From positions 320,001 through 384,000 of the forward strand of contig CAVOHZ010000003.1 of the NCBI GenBank assembly GCA_963695855.1: DNA of 64,000 nt. Reading direction: 5' to 3'. The first letter of the stretch is position 1. Each line of letters starts with the position of its first letter. This stretch comes from an uncultured Nitrososphaerales archaeon. Lineage in GTDB: Archaea; Thermoproteota; Nitrososphaeria; Nitrososphaerales; Nitrososphaeraceae. Positions 34,382 to 44,717 of this stretch are shown piece after piece. The position numbers and the translations under genes are program-made. The notes under the pieces were generated by a model. It did no database searches. It was not told the origin of the DNA and saw only the letters and a list, made by a program, of their open reading frames with translations.

Positions 34382-35755
34382 ATGTACAATAACAAAAATA
34401 AAAAACAACAAAATTTAAGAGTGCTAGTAACTGGAGCAACTGGATTTATTGGTAGTAGAATTGTTAAGAGACTTTTAGCCGATAGAAAATATTATGTTAG
34501 ATGTATGACAAGAAATCCCGATTGTATTTATGAACTTTTTAATTTAAGTGGTGATATCATAGATGTTGTAAAAGCTGATGCTTCAAATTATTTAGAATTA
34601 GTAGAAGCCCTAAAAGAGGTGGATGTGGCTTTTTATCTTATACATTCTATGGAAGGTTCATCAAAAAAATGGAAAGAATTCTCTAAAAGAGATAGAACTG
34701 CTGCTGAAAATTTTGCTAAAGCAGCCTCAATAACAAATACAAAAAGAATAATTTACCTGAGTGGTCTTATTGATACAGATCATAAGGATTTATCTGAGCA
34801 TATGAAAAGTAGAAAAGAAGTAGGAGATATTTTAAGGACTTCAAAGGCCTACGTTACAATATTTCGTGCTGCTGTTATTTTAGGTCAAGGAGGTGGTTCC
34901 TTTCAAATGTTACAATATCTAGTGGAAAGGCTTCCGATGATGGTATGTCCTAAATGGGTGTTGACTAAATCACAACCTATATCAGTAGATGATGTAGTAA
35001 CTTATTTAGTCAAGTCAATAGAAACCAAGGATACAGTTAGTCAAGATTATGATATAGGCGGACCTGAGATTCTTAGCTATGTAGATATGATGAAAAGATA
35101 TTCAAGTATTCTAAAAAAATCATTAAAAATCATTATTATTCCATTTTTGACTCCTAGGCTTTCCTCTTATTGGATTGATCTTATTACTCCTGTAAAAGCA
35201 TCACTTGCTAGACCATTAATAGATAGTTTAAAACATGAAGCAGTAGCTCATAATAATGAAATCCAAAAGTTAATTCCTATTAGACTAATGAACTTTGAAG
35301 AATCTATTAGAACTGCAATGAAAGAAGAAGTAAGAAGAACTAAGGTAACAAAAAAACAAAAAACATCAGACTCTCTTAACAGAACAATATTGTTTTTTTC
35401 ATTGATTTCTTTGGGAATAATTGGTTCAACATATTATTTTTTAGATAATAGAAGCGACATTGTAACCCCTCTCTGGATAATATTAGCCACTGTATGGTAC
35501 TTTGGAATTTTATTTGCTTTATTTTTCGTCAAAAATGGTGCAAGACTAGGTTCAATGGTAGGAGGTATTATAGGATGGATAACATTAGTATTCTGGTTAT
35601 TCAATAGCATACATTTGATAACTCATAATTTGATTGATTTCTCATCTCAAATTGTTGTGATTATGATTCGAAATTTTGTTGGAGCCATTGTAGCTGGATT
35701 GGTTATAGCTGCTTCCCATAATCTCTTCCATAAAATCAGAATATTAGGAAATTAA
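34382..35755 (+). CDS. Atypical SDR / NAD(P)-binding oxidoreductase (YbjT-like) with C-terminal TM domain
   Basis: VTGATGFIG, FYLIHSM, LSEHMKSR, QPISVDDV, LTPRLSSYW, ARPLIDSL; about 4 C-terminal hydrophobic helices. Confidence 0.88.
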   Translation: MYNNKNKKQQNLRVLVTGATGFIGSRIVKRLLADRKYYVRCMTRNPDCIYELFNLSGDIIDVVKADASNYLELVEALKEVDVAFYLIHSMEGSSKKWKEFSKRDRTAAENFAKAASITNTKRIIYLSGLIDTDHKDLSEHMKSRKEVGDILRTSKAYVTIFRAAVILGQGGGSFQMLQYLVERLPMMVCPKWVLTKSQPISVDDVVTYLVKSIETKDTVSQDYDIGGPEILSYVDMMKRYSSILKKSLKIIIIPFLTPRLSSYWIDLITPVKASLARPLIDSLKHEAVAHNNEIQKLIPIRLMNFEESIRTAMKEEVRRTKVTKKQKTSDSLNRTILFFSLISLGIIGSTYYFLDNRSDIVTPLWIILATVWYFGILFALFFVKNGARLGSMVGGIIGWITLVFWLFNSIHLITHNLIDFSSQIVVIMIRNFVGAIVAGLVIAASHNLFHKIRILGN

Positions 35756-35818
35756 AATAAAACAAGAAAATAAAATAAAATAATTTCTTAGAGACATATG
35801 GACATTAAGTTCCTCATT

Positions 35819-36706
35819 TCAATTATTCATTAGCGATTTCATAGTAGTAATTATATCATCAATTTTCCCGAGATCAAGATAAACCTTTTCATATTTTTCT
35901 AATAATTCAATTTGAGAGTTAGATGCTAATTTAATTGCATTACCTCCAACAACAATAGGATTATTAAAAGATTTACGAATTTCTTTTACTAATCTGGTTA
36001 CTGAACTTATATTTTCTTCTAACGTAACAGATATGATAACGAGACTGGGATTGTTATTATTCAAATACGAGTTAATAGAATTCGTTGGAAGAGGAGAGGT
36101 AATATTAAAAACTTCATAGCCTTTTTGAAGTAATAATGATTCAATGATTTTACATCCTATACTATGAAGTTCTCCTTCAGGAGTACATATTATTATTAGT
36201 TTAGGATTTAATGAATTTTTAGAAATTTTTTTATTAGCATTTTTTTGATTGATTAAATCAATTAGATTATTTACTGCATTACTGCATACATGTTCTGTTG
36301 CAACATCGATTTCTCCATTTACCCATTGATCACCTATCCTATATAATACAGGTATCAAGATTTTCTCATAAAAATCTAATAACGAATATACTGATTTTGT
36401 ATATTCATTGTATATGTTCATCAATTCATTTATTTGATACATTTTTAATCTTTCGAAAAGTGTTTCTTGTAATGTTTCATTTACTTTCATGGATTTTGAG
36501 AAATCAAGGTTATGGTGAGCCAAAAATTTTATAATTGCAGATTCATTTCGGTATTCTTCTGTAATTTTATTAATATTTATTTGAGATAGTGGACCTAAGT
36601 ATTGCTTCGTTATTTGTTGAGATGTTTGTTTTTCTTTATTCCATTTACTTTCAACAATATAAGCATAATCAATATTTTTTACTTTTTTTATTCTAATATA
36701 CACCAA
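35819..36706 (-). CDS. CarH/LitR-like cobalamin-binding protein with non-MerR N-terminal domain
   Basis: W-x9-EH (WVNGEIDVATEH), PEGELHSIG (ExHxxG), ISVT, VVGG. Confidence 0.88.
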   Translation of the reverse strand: MVYIRIKKVKNIDYAYIVESKWNKEKQTSQQITKQYLGPLSQININKITEEYRNESAIIKFLAHHNLDFSKSMKVNETLQETLFERLKMYQINELMNIYNEYTKSVYSLLDFYEKILIPVLYRIGDQWVNGEIDVATEHVCSNAVNNLIDLINQKNANKKISKNSLNPKLIIICTPEGELHSIGCKIIESLLLQKGYEVFNITSPLPTNSINSYLNNNNPSLVIISVTLEENISSVTRLVKEIRKSFNNPIVVGGNAIKLASNSQIELLEKYEKVYLDLGKIDDIITTMKSLMNN

Positions 36707-36756
36707 TATGGTATAATTTTCAACTCTTTTATTTATATTTAGTGCATAACTGAACT

Positions 36757-36932
36757 TATAGTGCTAACTAATATTTAGATAAAAGAATCCAATGTAATTT
36801 CAGAAATAATATATATAAAATAAGAAACATTGTACTAATAAATTTTAAACAGAATATTCTATAAAATAAAACTTTTATTTCTGCCATTTATTTAATAATT
36901 CAACATTTTCGTTCATAATAGTTAGCACTATA
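36757..36932. promoter_or_regulatory. Divergent promoter region with a 14-bp inverted motif pair
   Basis: TATAGTGCTAACTA (36757-36770) and TAGTTAGCACTATA (36919-36932), each upstream of one divergent gene. Confidence 0.6.
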
Positions 36933-36971
36933 GAAGATAGTTTGTAGTCGTTTTAAATATTTATTTGCAAA

Positions 36972-37316
36972 TTGTACACTAGAGATATGAAACAGACTAT
37001 TGATTATCCACTAGAATTCTCTGTTAAGATGACTTTTGGCGAGAGTTACCTTGTAGGAAAAGCTTCTAGTAACGGTAGAAATTATAATATAAATATTCAG
37101 GGAGGACGAAAAGGAATAGTTTTACCTAGAGAAATGGTAAAAGCATTTGGTGAAGTTATTGTTAGCTTTTTTACTGAAAAGAAAAATGAGATAATGTTAA
37201 CTGCGAAAGTAGAGGCGGGTTTGGATTGGATCGAAATCTATGATGATTTCTTAATTTGGTCTTTGGCAAATGATCTCCCTATATCCATGATCATTGATTA
37301 TCAGAGATTGACCTAG
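36972..37316 (+). CDS. Hypothetical protein divergent from the CarH-like gene
   Basis: 114 aa ORF; start may be the internal ATG. Confidence 0.65.
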   Translation: MYTRDMKQTIDYPLEFSVKMTFGESYLVGKASSNGRNYNINIQGGRKGIVLPREMVKAFGEVIVSFFTEKKNEIMLTAKVEAGLDWIEIYDDFLIWSLANDLPISMIIDYQRLT

Positions 37317-37385
37317 AGTAAAGGCTTTGGTACGATCATTATTTTTATTTTAATCCTTTAACGTTTCTATCGTTTTTAATAATAA

Positions 37386-37749
37386 GAGCTATCCCTAATT
37401 CTCATCATATATCTTTCCTGAATCTATTGTGCCATGAATTAATTCTTTCTACAACCCATCGTCTTAATGGATGTTTTCTACAAAATATTTTTTCTTCTCT
37501 TTTGTGTCGGATATGTGGAATGTATGCTCTCTTGATGATTTCTGGTTCTACATTTTTGGAATGATATGCTTTGTCAAGACATAGATTCTGTTTCTGTTTA
37601 TGCTTTGGTTTGTATGATGGTTTTTTATAACTATACTATCAACTGTATCAATTGCAACAGTAACATCGTGAGTATTTGCAGATGTTATAACAGTAGATAA
37701 TGTAATACATTCTTTATCTGTAAGAATATGTCTTTTGGTCCCTAATTTA
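37386..37749 (-). mobile_element. Degenerate IS5-family remnant related to the element at 57987-58893
   Basis: Reverse strand reads LGTKRHILTDK...LCLDKAYH...RWVVER; end sequence GAGCTATCCCTAA. Confidence 0.8.
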
Positions 37750-37953
37750 GGTTCTGTTAAGTTAAGATTATTTTACCTCCAATATTGAATAGAAATTGCT
37801 TTCTGATTTTTGCATTAGATAGAAAAAATGAATAATTTGGTCCAATTGTATACATGTTGTGGATCACATTTTATATTTTTTTCTATTACATAATAATAAC
37901 TATTAAAAAATTTATTCTATATTTGGACTGATTCTATTTTCTATGTTGAAAAG

Positions 37954-38048
37954 AATAACTGGTCCTATTTTATAGAAGGGGAAAATTCATAGAATTATGA
38001 TGGGACCAAAATTCATGTCAAATTAGTTTCACATCCCACTGGCCCCAT
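37954..38048 (+). mobile_element. Split att-like site
   Basis: AATAACTGGTCCTATTTTATAGAAGGG (24/27 identity to 28811-28837), about 50-bp insert, then ATCCCACTGGCCCCAT. Confidence 0.7.
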
Positions 38049-38109
38049 AGTGATATTAGTTCTCTAATTGGATTCACTCAAAGAAAAAGAAAGGTGAATC
38101 AAAAAAAAA

Positions 38110-38733
38110 TTGAAAATAGAACAAAAATTTGAAGAATCTAGTACATATTCACTATTCTTGTTTGCAATTAGATCAAATGTAACAAGAGACTATTATCTAA
38201 GAAGATTAAGGATTTTCTTTAATCATATTAATCTAGAACCTGATAAAACAATGGAAGAAAGATTTAATTACTTTGCTAGAAAAAGAACAAAAGATCCGAA
38301 TTGGGCATTTAATGCAGTAACAAAATTCTTGCAATTTCAAAAGGAAAGGGTTAAAATGGAAGAGATTACAGAAGCGACACTTCGTAATTTCATAAAAGCA
38401 ATAAAATTATTCTGTGAAATGTCAGATATCAAAATAGAATGGAAAAAGATAACTCGAGGATTACCAAAGATAAGAAGACATGCTGATGATAGATCACCAA
38501 CAATAGAGGAAATACAGAAAATTTGTGAATACCCTGATAGACGGATAAAAGGGATTGTCTATACAATGGCTTCATCTGGGATAAGACTTGGTGCATGGGA
38601 TTATTTATACTGGAAGGATATTCAACCAATAGAACGTCAAGGTAAAATCGTAGCAGCAAAAATTATTGTCTATGCTGGAGACGATGAAGAGTATTTTTCG
38701 TTTATAACTCCTGAAATTAGTAGTACAACCTAA
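38110..38733 (+). pseudogene. Tyrosine recombinase/integrase, C-terminally truncated
   Basis: SSGIRLGAW catalytic Arg box; lacks HxxR and Tyr; highly similar to the 47953 ORF. Confidence 0.85.
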
Positions 38734-38862
38734 AAAAAATTAATATATAATAGAATTCATTGTATTGTTGTTTTGCTGAAACTAGATTTAGTATTTCGAT
38801 TTGTGTCTATTAATAATGTAAAATCTCTTATTTCTTCAATAATATAGATATATTTTTTAATT

Positions 38863-40197
38863 TTATGAACCGGTTAAAATTTTTTGTTTCAACCACAATC
38901 TTTCAAAAAGTGCTATATAAGTTTGTAGATGTGTTTCTATATTAGTATGCATAGTGGTAAAAAATTCATCATTCTGTTTATCTTGTTTACCTTTTTCTAA
39001 TACCACTACTTCTTGTCTGTCTTTTATAAAAAATGAAATTTCTTCAACCTGTATACCAGGATTAACAATCTCTATCACTTCATTATCCTTCATTGAATCT
39101 ATTATCGATTTTTCAAATTTTCCTACAAATATTATTCTAATTGTTTTATTAGTTAGTGTCTTCAAATTTAAAACTATATCTTTTAATTCCTTGTAATCCA
39201 AGTATTGTGAATTTCCTAAAAAAATATCTAACTCCTCAGTAACATTCTTTATCATAGTCTTTAGAGCCGAATTAACTTGAGTACCAACTAGCTGTTCTAT
39301 AAATTCCTTGTTGGATTGTTCTTGCTGACTAGTATTTGATTGTTTATTTTTCATATATTCATCAAGTAGTACGGTATGAATTCCTCTATTTATAACGCCT
39401 AGAATTTTTATATAGTAAACAATGCTTGATAATAGGAATAAATAACTAAACGAGTAGAACATCTCCCACATCCATTCAGTATTTAGTATTAATTCGTCAC
39501 TTATTTGAGCTGCCAACGTATAACCTGCGTCTCCAATACTAAGAAATATCATGGATATTGAGAATAAGAACCAATGATAAATGTAAGGGTCTTTTTTGGA
39601 TAGACCAACTAGGTTCAGAATTGAGAGAATTAGTAATGAAATATCACCGATATAATATAATATACTATAAAGTATTTCGACCAGTTCGGTTTGAAAATCA
39701 AAATTTTGAAAATTCTGAATAAAAGGAAAAATAAGAATTAAAGGTATAATAATTGAAACAAACAAAATAATTTTTCTTTTTAATGGTTTTTTCTCTTGTA
39801 ATGTTCTAAATGAAGAATAGAGATTATAAATAAAAAATGTATATCCTATTAAAAAAATAATGTCGATATTTAATGGATACGGTACTGGATTTTTCAAGAT
39901 CAATTGATAAAATAAATATCCACCTTCTGATATTGTCCAAAATAATATTCCTAATGTGATAAACCGGATTCTTTTAAATTCGGGATTATTTCGTTTTCTA
40001 AAAAATAAGGAAATTGAAAAAATTAGACATGCTGTTAATAGTATAAAAGGAATTATATTGTTTATTTCATTTGTTCTTTTAGTATCTATCAGAAAAATTA
40101 ATACATATATAAAAAAAATAGTAACAGAAGCACCAGGAAGTATCCCAAATAAAATAAATTTAAATTCGGTATTATCTTTGATTATATATAAATCCAT
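38863..40197 (-). CDS. Multi-TM sensor-like protein with C-terminal cytoplasmic domain
   Basis: About 8 TM helices, VPYP..DI motif, ends YIALFERLW. Confidence 0.75.
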   Translation of the reverse strand: MDLYIIKDNTEFKFILFGILPGASVTIFFIYVLIFLIDTKRTNEINNIIPFILLTACLIFSISLFFRKRNNPEFKRIRFITLGILFWTISEGGYLFYQLILKNPVPYPLNIDIIFLIGYTFFIYNLYSSFRTLQEKKPLKRKIILFVSIIIPLILIFPFIQNFQNFDFQTELVEILYSILYYIGDISLLILSILNLVGLSKKDPYIYHWFLFSISMIFLSIGDAGYTLAAQISDELILNTEWMWEMFYSFSYLFLLSSIVYYIKILGVINRGIHTVLLDEYMKNKQSNTSQQEQSNKEFIEQLVGTQVNSALKTMIKNVTEELDIFLGNSQYLDYKELKDIVLNLKTLTNKTIRIIFVGKFEKSIIDSMKDNEVIEIVNPGIQVEEISFFIKDRQEVVVLEKGKQDKQNDEFFTTMHTNIETHLQTYIALFERLWLKQKILTGS

Positions 40198-40602
40198 ATT
40201 GAAATTTAATCACCTGATATCCTAATATAGGTATTTATCTTAGGTATTTATCTGATAAATCTCTAATTTATAGATCCACAAAGTAATGTTACTATGGAAT
40301 GAATTTGGTTATTTGTTAGATTTCTTATTCTATTATTCTGTCTTCATACTCAATTCTATTTGTGCGTTCTACGCAAATAATTTCAATTAATAAAATTTAT
40401 TTTTTTGTTACCCTTTATCTGTAGTACTATTATCAGTTTTTTTAGATACTAAATCTTTTAGAACATTAGATATGATATGTTTTCTTTTAATATTTCATAT
40501 TCTTCCTTAGTTATCTTTCCTCCAATAAATTCATGTTTTAACATCCTTGAAATACTCATTACATTTTTAATAGAAATATCAGGTTAATCTGACAAATGAT
40601 GT

Positions 40603-41976
40603 TTAACTTACCTCCAATTTCGTTACGGTCTGGAGTAACCATAATTTTTCGAACGTTGTTATGTATATATAGGTTATCTCTTCGTTGTCAGAATAAGTTA
40701 CATCATACGCTGTATCCTTATTATAATCGATAAGATCCGTAGTCGAAACTAGTAGCAACTTATTATAGTCAGGCACTATCATGATATCATTATTCTCTAG
40801 TTTTCTTTCAAAGATCCGTACATGAGCAACCTCGCGATAACTATTAATAATTCTATCATCGACACCTAACGGGAAAAGAATTCTTACTAAAATATTTGAC
40901 CTTGTTTTTTTCTTCAAAAATTTTAGGATACTTTGTGTTTCTTTTCTTTTCAAGGTATTTATATTGCAGAACAAAATAGCGATCTCGTCTTTTGCGCCTT
41001 TTATTATTTCATCAATACCATTCTCAACCAATCTGAAATCTTGTATGTTTTCTTTATGCAATTGATCCTCTTCGGGAAGTTCACCTTTGTCCTTCACCGA
41101 AATATTATTCAGATATTTTGCCGCATAGTCTTCCATCATTGAATACTCCAAGTTTTCGCTTAGTATATGAGTTAGTTTGTAATACCAAAATAATGAGGCA
41201 AGAATACATAGATAGGAAAAAGCCCACATTGCTTCCCATATCAATTCAGTCTCTAAAAGAAATTCTTCATCAACAATCGCTATATTCAAATAGAAAAAAT
41301 CTGTGATAGTTGTTAATATCAGGAAAGAGGTAAATAATATCCAGTGATAGGTATAAGGGTTGTTTCTAGGTAACTTCGTTAGAATGAGAATCGAAAGAGA
41401 TAATAAAAAAATATCACTGTAGTTATTATTGGTACTAATCACAATATCAGGCCACTGGGATTGAAAATCTACTTCCTGGCTAAAAACTATGATAGTTGTT
41501 ATTACAGGTGATACAGATGCGAGTGTTATCACAAACGCAATCACCTTAGGTTTTATTAATCCATCTTTGTTTATAGTCTTAAATGATCTGTAGGTAAATA
41601 GAATTAGAGGTGCATAGCCTGCAACATAGAATATTTCCCCGACACCTGGGTATGGAGCATCCGTATCTAATACAATTTGATAAAATGAATATGTAAATTC
41701 ACCAAGAAACCAGAGAGTTATTCCTACGAAAAGCAGCTTAAATCTCTGAACTTCTTTTACTCTAGGATTTGAAAGTATTATAAACAAGGACATACAGGTA
41801 GATGATCCCAACAAAACTGCGGACGTTGTGCCTATGTATTTGTCGCCATCAATAACAAATAGTATTACATGTATAAACATGATAGCTATAGCTATAGTAA
41901 TTATAAATCCGAATAACAAATATCTCATTTCATCCTTAATTTTAAAAGCAGATTCAATATTTTTTGTTCTGCTCAA
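40603..41976 (-). CDS. Paralogous multi-TM sensor-like protein
   Basis: APYPGVGE, PYTYHW, VRILFP, YITTFEKLW align with the 38863 ORF. Confidence 0.75.
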   Translation of the reverse strand: MSRTKNIESAFKIKDEMRYLLFGFIITIAIAIMFIHVILFVIDGDKYIGTTSAVLLGSSTCMSLFIILSNPRVKEVQRFKLLFVGITLWFLGEFTYSFYQIVLDTDAPYPGVGEIFYVAGYAPLILFTYRSFKTINKDGLIKPKVIAFVITLASVSPVITTIIVFSQEVDFQSQWPDIVISTNNNYSDIFLLSLSILILTKLPRNNPYTYHWILFTSFLILTTITDFFYLNIAIVDEEFLLETELIWEAMWAFSYLCILASLFWYYKLTHILSENLEYSMMEDYAAKYLNNISVKDKGELPEEDQLHKENIQDFRLVENGIDEIIKGAKDEIAILFCNINTLKRKETQSILKFLKKKTRSNILVRILFPLGVDDRIINSYREVAHVRIFERKLENNDIMIVPDYNKLLLVSTTDLIDYNKDTAYDVTYSDNEEITYIYITTFEKLWLLQTVTKLEVS

Positions 41977-42399
41977 TTAAATTCGCATCATTATGGTATA
42001 TTTTATAATATATATAGAATGACATTACAACACCAAGAACAAGAACGTTCTATAGGTTCAGATCTAGAAAAGATAACAATAAGTATTACGCATATAACGG
42101 AGCCAGTCTATGTTCTGAGTACGAGTTCCTATATAAAATATCTTCACACTCACATCTTGTAAACTCCCTTGTTTCTCTTCTAGCTGGTTTTAATCTTCAT
42201 TATAATTAGATCCTCTGCATTATTTTTCGTCGTCCATAGTGGACATAGCAATTAGTTTCACTTTGTTAACGTCTAGGTTATCACATTTACTAGATCGTTT
42301 GAGATATTCAGAAATAAAATCTCTGTACTTTAGTTTTAATTCTGTAGATAGAAACTCATAGGACCTTATGACGCGTCTACAATTCTTGTTTTCACAATG

Positions 42400-42951
42400 A
42401 CAGTGACAGTACCTCCAGTATTATCTTGACAAACAACCTCTTGAGCAACTCTCAAAGTCGTTGTTATTGGTTGAGGTCCTTCCTGTTCTTTTAACTGTTC
42501 ATTGTCATTAACATTTACACAGATATTTACGAGATTTCTGTCAAAGTTTATTCTATCTGCAAGTCCATTACCATTTTCTATGTTTGCTCAGTCTGGACCT
42601 GCTTCTTCATTTGCTGCTACTGCATCAACAGTGTCCTGGGGGTACCTCCGTAACATCTATACAGTTGATATTTAAGTTACTGTTAACACATTTTATTTTC
42701 TGGATATCAGTATGAGAACTCTCTTTTGGTTCCGAATAACTATAATAATTGCTATCGTAACCGTAATCCTTGGCGTACATTTGTGCCTGTGCATCTCCTA
42801 TTATTGATGGATTTAGAACCAATAGACCTGCTGCAACTATCAGTGCGATAAAAGCAAGAACTATCTTTTTATTATTGGTCATTACGTTGTTCAATGTGAT
42901 TTTAATATATCTATGGCTAAAAGGAACATTATCAGATTTTCTCATATTCAA
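42400..42951 (-). pseudogene. Decayed secreted protein
   Basis: Signal peptide and DIQKIKCVNSNLNIN; homology-like NLVNICVNVNDNEQ continues in another frame. Confidence 0.55.
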
Positions 42952-44341
42952 TCATTCTGAATTTTTGACTATGAGAAGAATAGCAATTGATCTACAGGTA
43001 CAATATGAAATATGTGTAGAAATAATAACATTATGCTAGGTATGAAGGTAATTATCCAAAATCTTCTGCGACTCATGTTATTGCGGGTAGTAACAATATC
43101 CATAGAGTATATAACGATAGAAAAACTTTATAAGATTAAAATAAAAGAAAAACAGTTTAATGAACAGCAAGAAAAAATTCTAAAGTCTATATATAGTGAC
43201 TTAAATTTTTATCCAAAAATAGTGTACAATAACAGAAAATGCATTATTGGGACATACTTTTCTGATAATCTTTACACCACTTCCAACGCTTTAACCTATT
43301 TCAGAGAATGGAATGAACATAAAAGAATCTTATCATCATATAACATCTGTCATCCCTCTAGAGGCATTCATAATATCCATACACATTATCATAATTACAA
43401 TATTGAATGAATTACTCGAGGAACATGATTTCTCTTTTACGAAGTGCCTGAATTAGATTGCTACTATTAGAGGTAATTTTTCGCCAACCATATATTAATG
43501 GATAACACGAGTACTTAAAAATATATAAAAGTTATAGTAGACCGACATATATGCCTAATAGTAACCTTTTAATAATCAATAATAAATATATTAATACCAT
43601 TATTTTGGACATATGTTCTATAACACATATTAATGATAATGTCATATTATTATTATGAGAATAACTCATCGTCCTAAGATAAAAAAGGATCAGAGCAAAA
43701 AAAGGCAAAAGCTAAATAGTACATCTGAATCCTATAATAGGGCTAAGGCAATAATTGCTTCTGTCTATGGGTTAGATATTATAGAAGACGAACCTATAAG
43801 ATCTAGATAGGACAACAAATTTTAACGTTAGGATTTCTATGATTAATGGCATTTGTTTCAATGGTATATGCGTTGTTAGTTTCAAAATAACCGACAAGTA
43901 TGTGATTCAAGGGACAAAATGTCTTCTTCGGGGGTATCAGCATCAAGACATTAACAGGAACGATAATCTACAAAATTCGTCGCAGATAATGAGATGCATT
44001 TTTGAAATTCACTAAAAATTAGACAGATATATAAAATTTTGTTTTAATTTTTTTTATGGTGAACTCTATCTCGATTGACCTATTGAGTGTGACGTCTTAT
44101 TTTTAATTAAATTATTGTTATCGTGAAGATAGGCAAAATGATAATATTATTACCGTATATAGGATATATAATTCTTATAAGAAAAAAATCTCTTAAAATA
44201 GACTATAATAATAGTATTGAAAATATTATAACTGATCGAGTACTGATTGGTTGATGGTCATTAGTGGAGGAGTAAAAATCTAATTATAACCTATAAGTTA
44301 ATAGTTTTCGGAAATAGAAATGTTTATAGCTTACAATAATC

Positions 44342-44460
44342 GGTTCTGTTAAGTTAAGGAAACTTTATGAAATAAATTATAAAATACTTCTAAAATCGAG
44401 CACCGAACATAATATAAAAGCAGAACACATATAATATTTTATCCTTAAGTTAACAGCGCC
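44342..44460. mobile_element. MITE-like element with IS6-like terminal inverted repeats
   Basis: GGTTCTGTTAAGTTAAGGA ... TCCTTAAGTTAACAGCGCC (16/19 match); same end at 37750 and degenerate at 45860. Confidence 0.6.
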
Positions 44461-44717
44461 TATCAATCTAATAATTTCTTCATAATTATACAAATTTATA
44501 ATTATTGCAAAATATTAAATATTTTGTATAGTTCTATGTTTGGGATTTCACTATATCTTTTAAACTATAACTTTTAATATAATATAAAAGAAAAAATAGG
44601 AAGAGAAGAGAAATAATTGTCGAATTCACTTACAAGTAACGAGAACAAGGGTAAAATTTCGTTAATTTTTATTATTACTATCATTTTTCCATTCGGCGAA
44701 GGGGTTGTTAATTATCA

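Noticed and set aside
35819-36706. Corrinoid methyltransferase protein or MerR-type CarH
   Set aside because: It has W-x9-EH and ExH rather than the methyltransferase DxH context, no methyltransferase neighbours, and no MerR HTH
43012-43410. 132-aa ORF
   Set aside because: No motif; lies in a decayed region and is probably spurious or a shadow of a remnant
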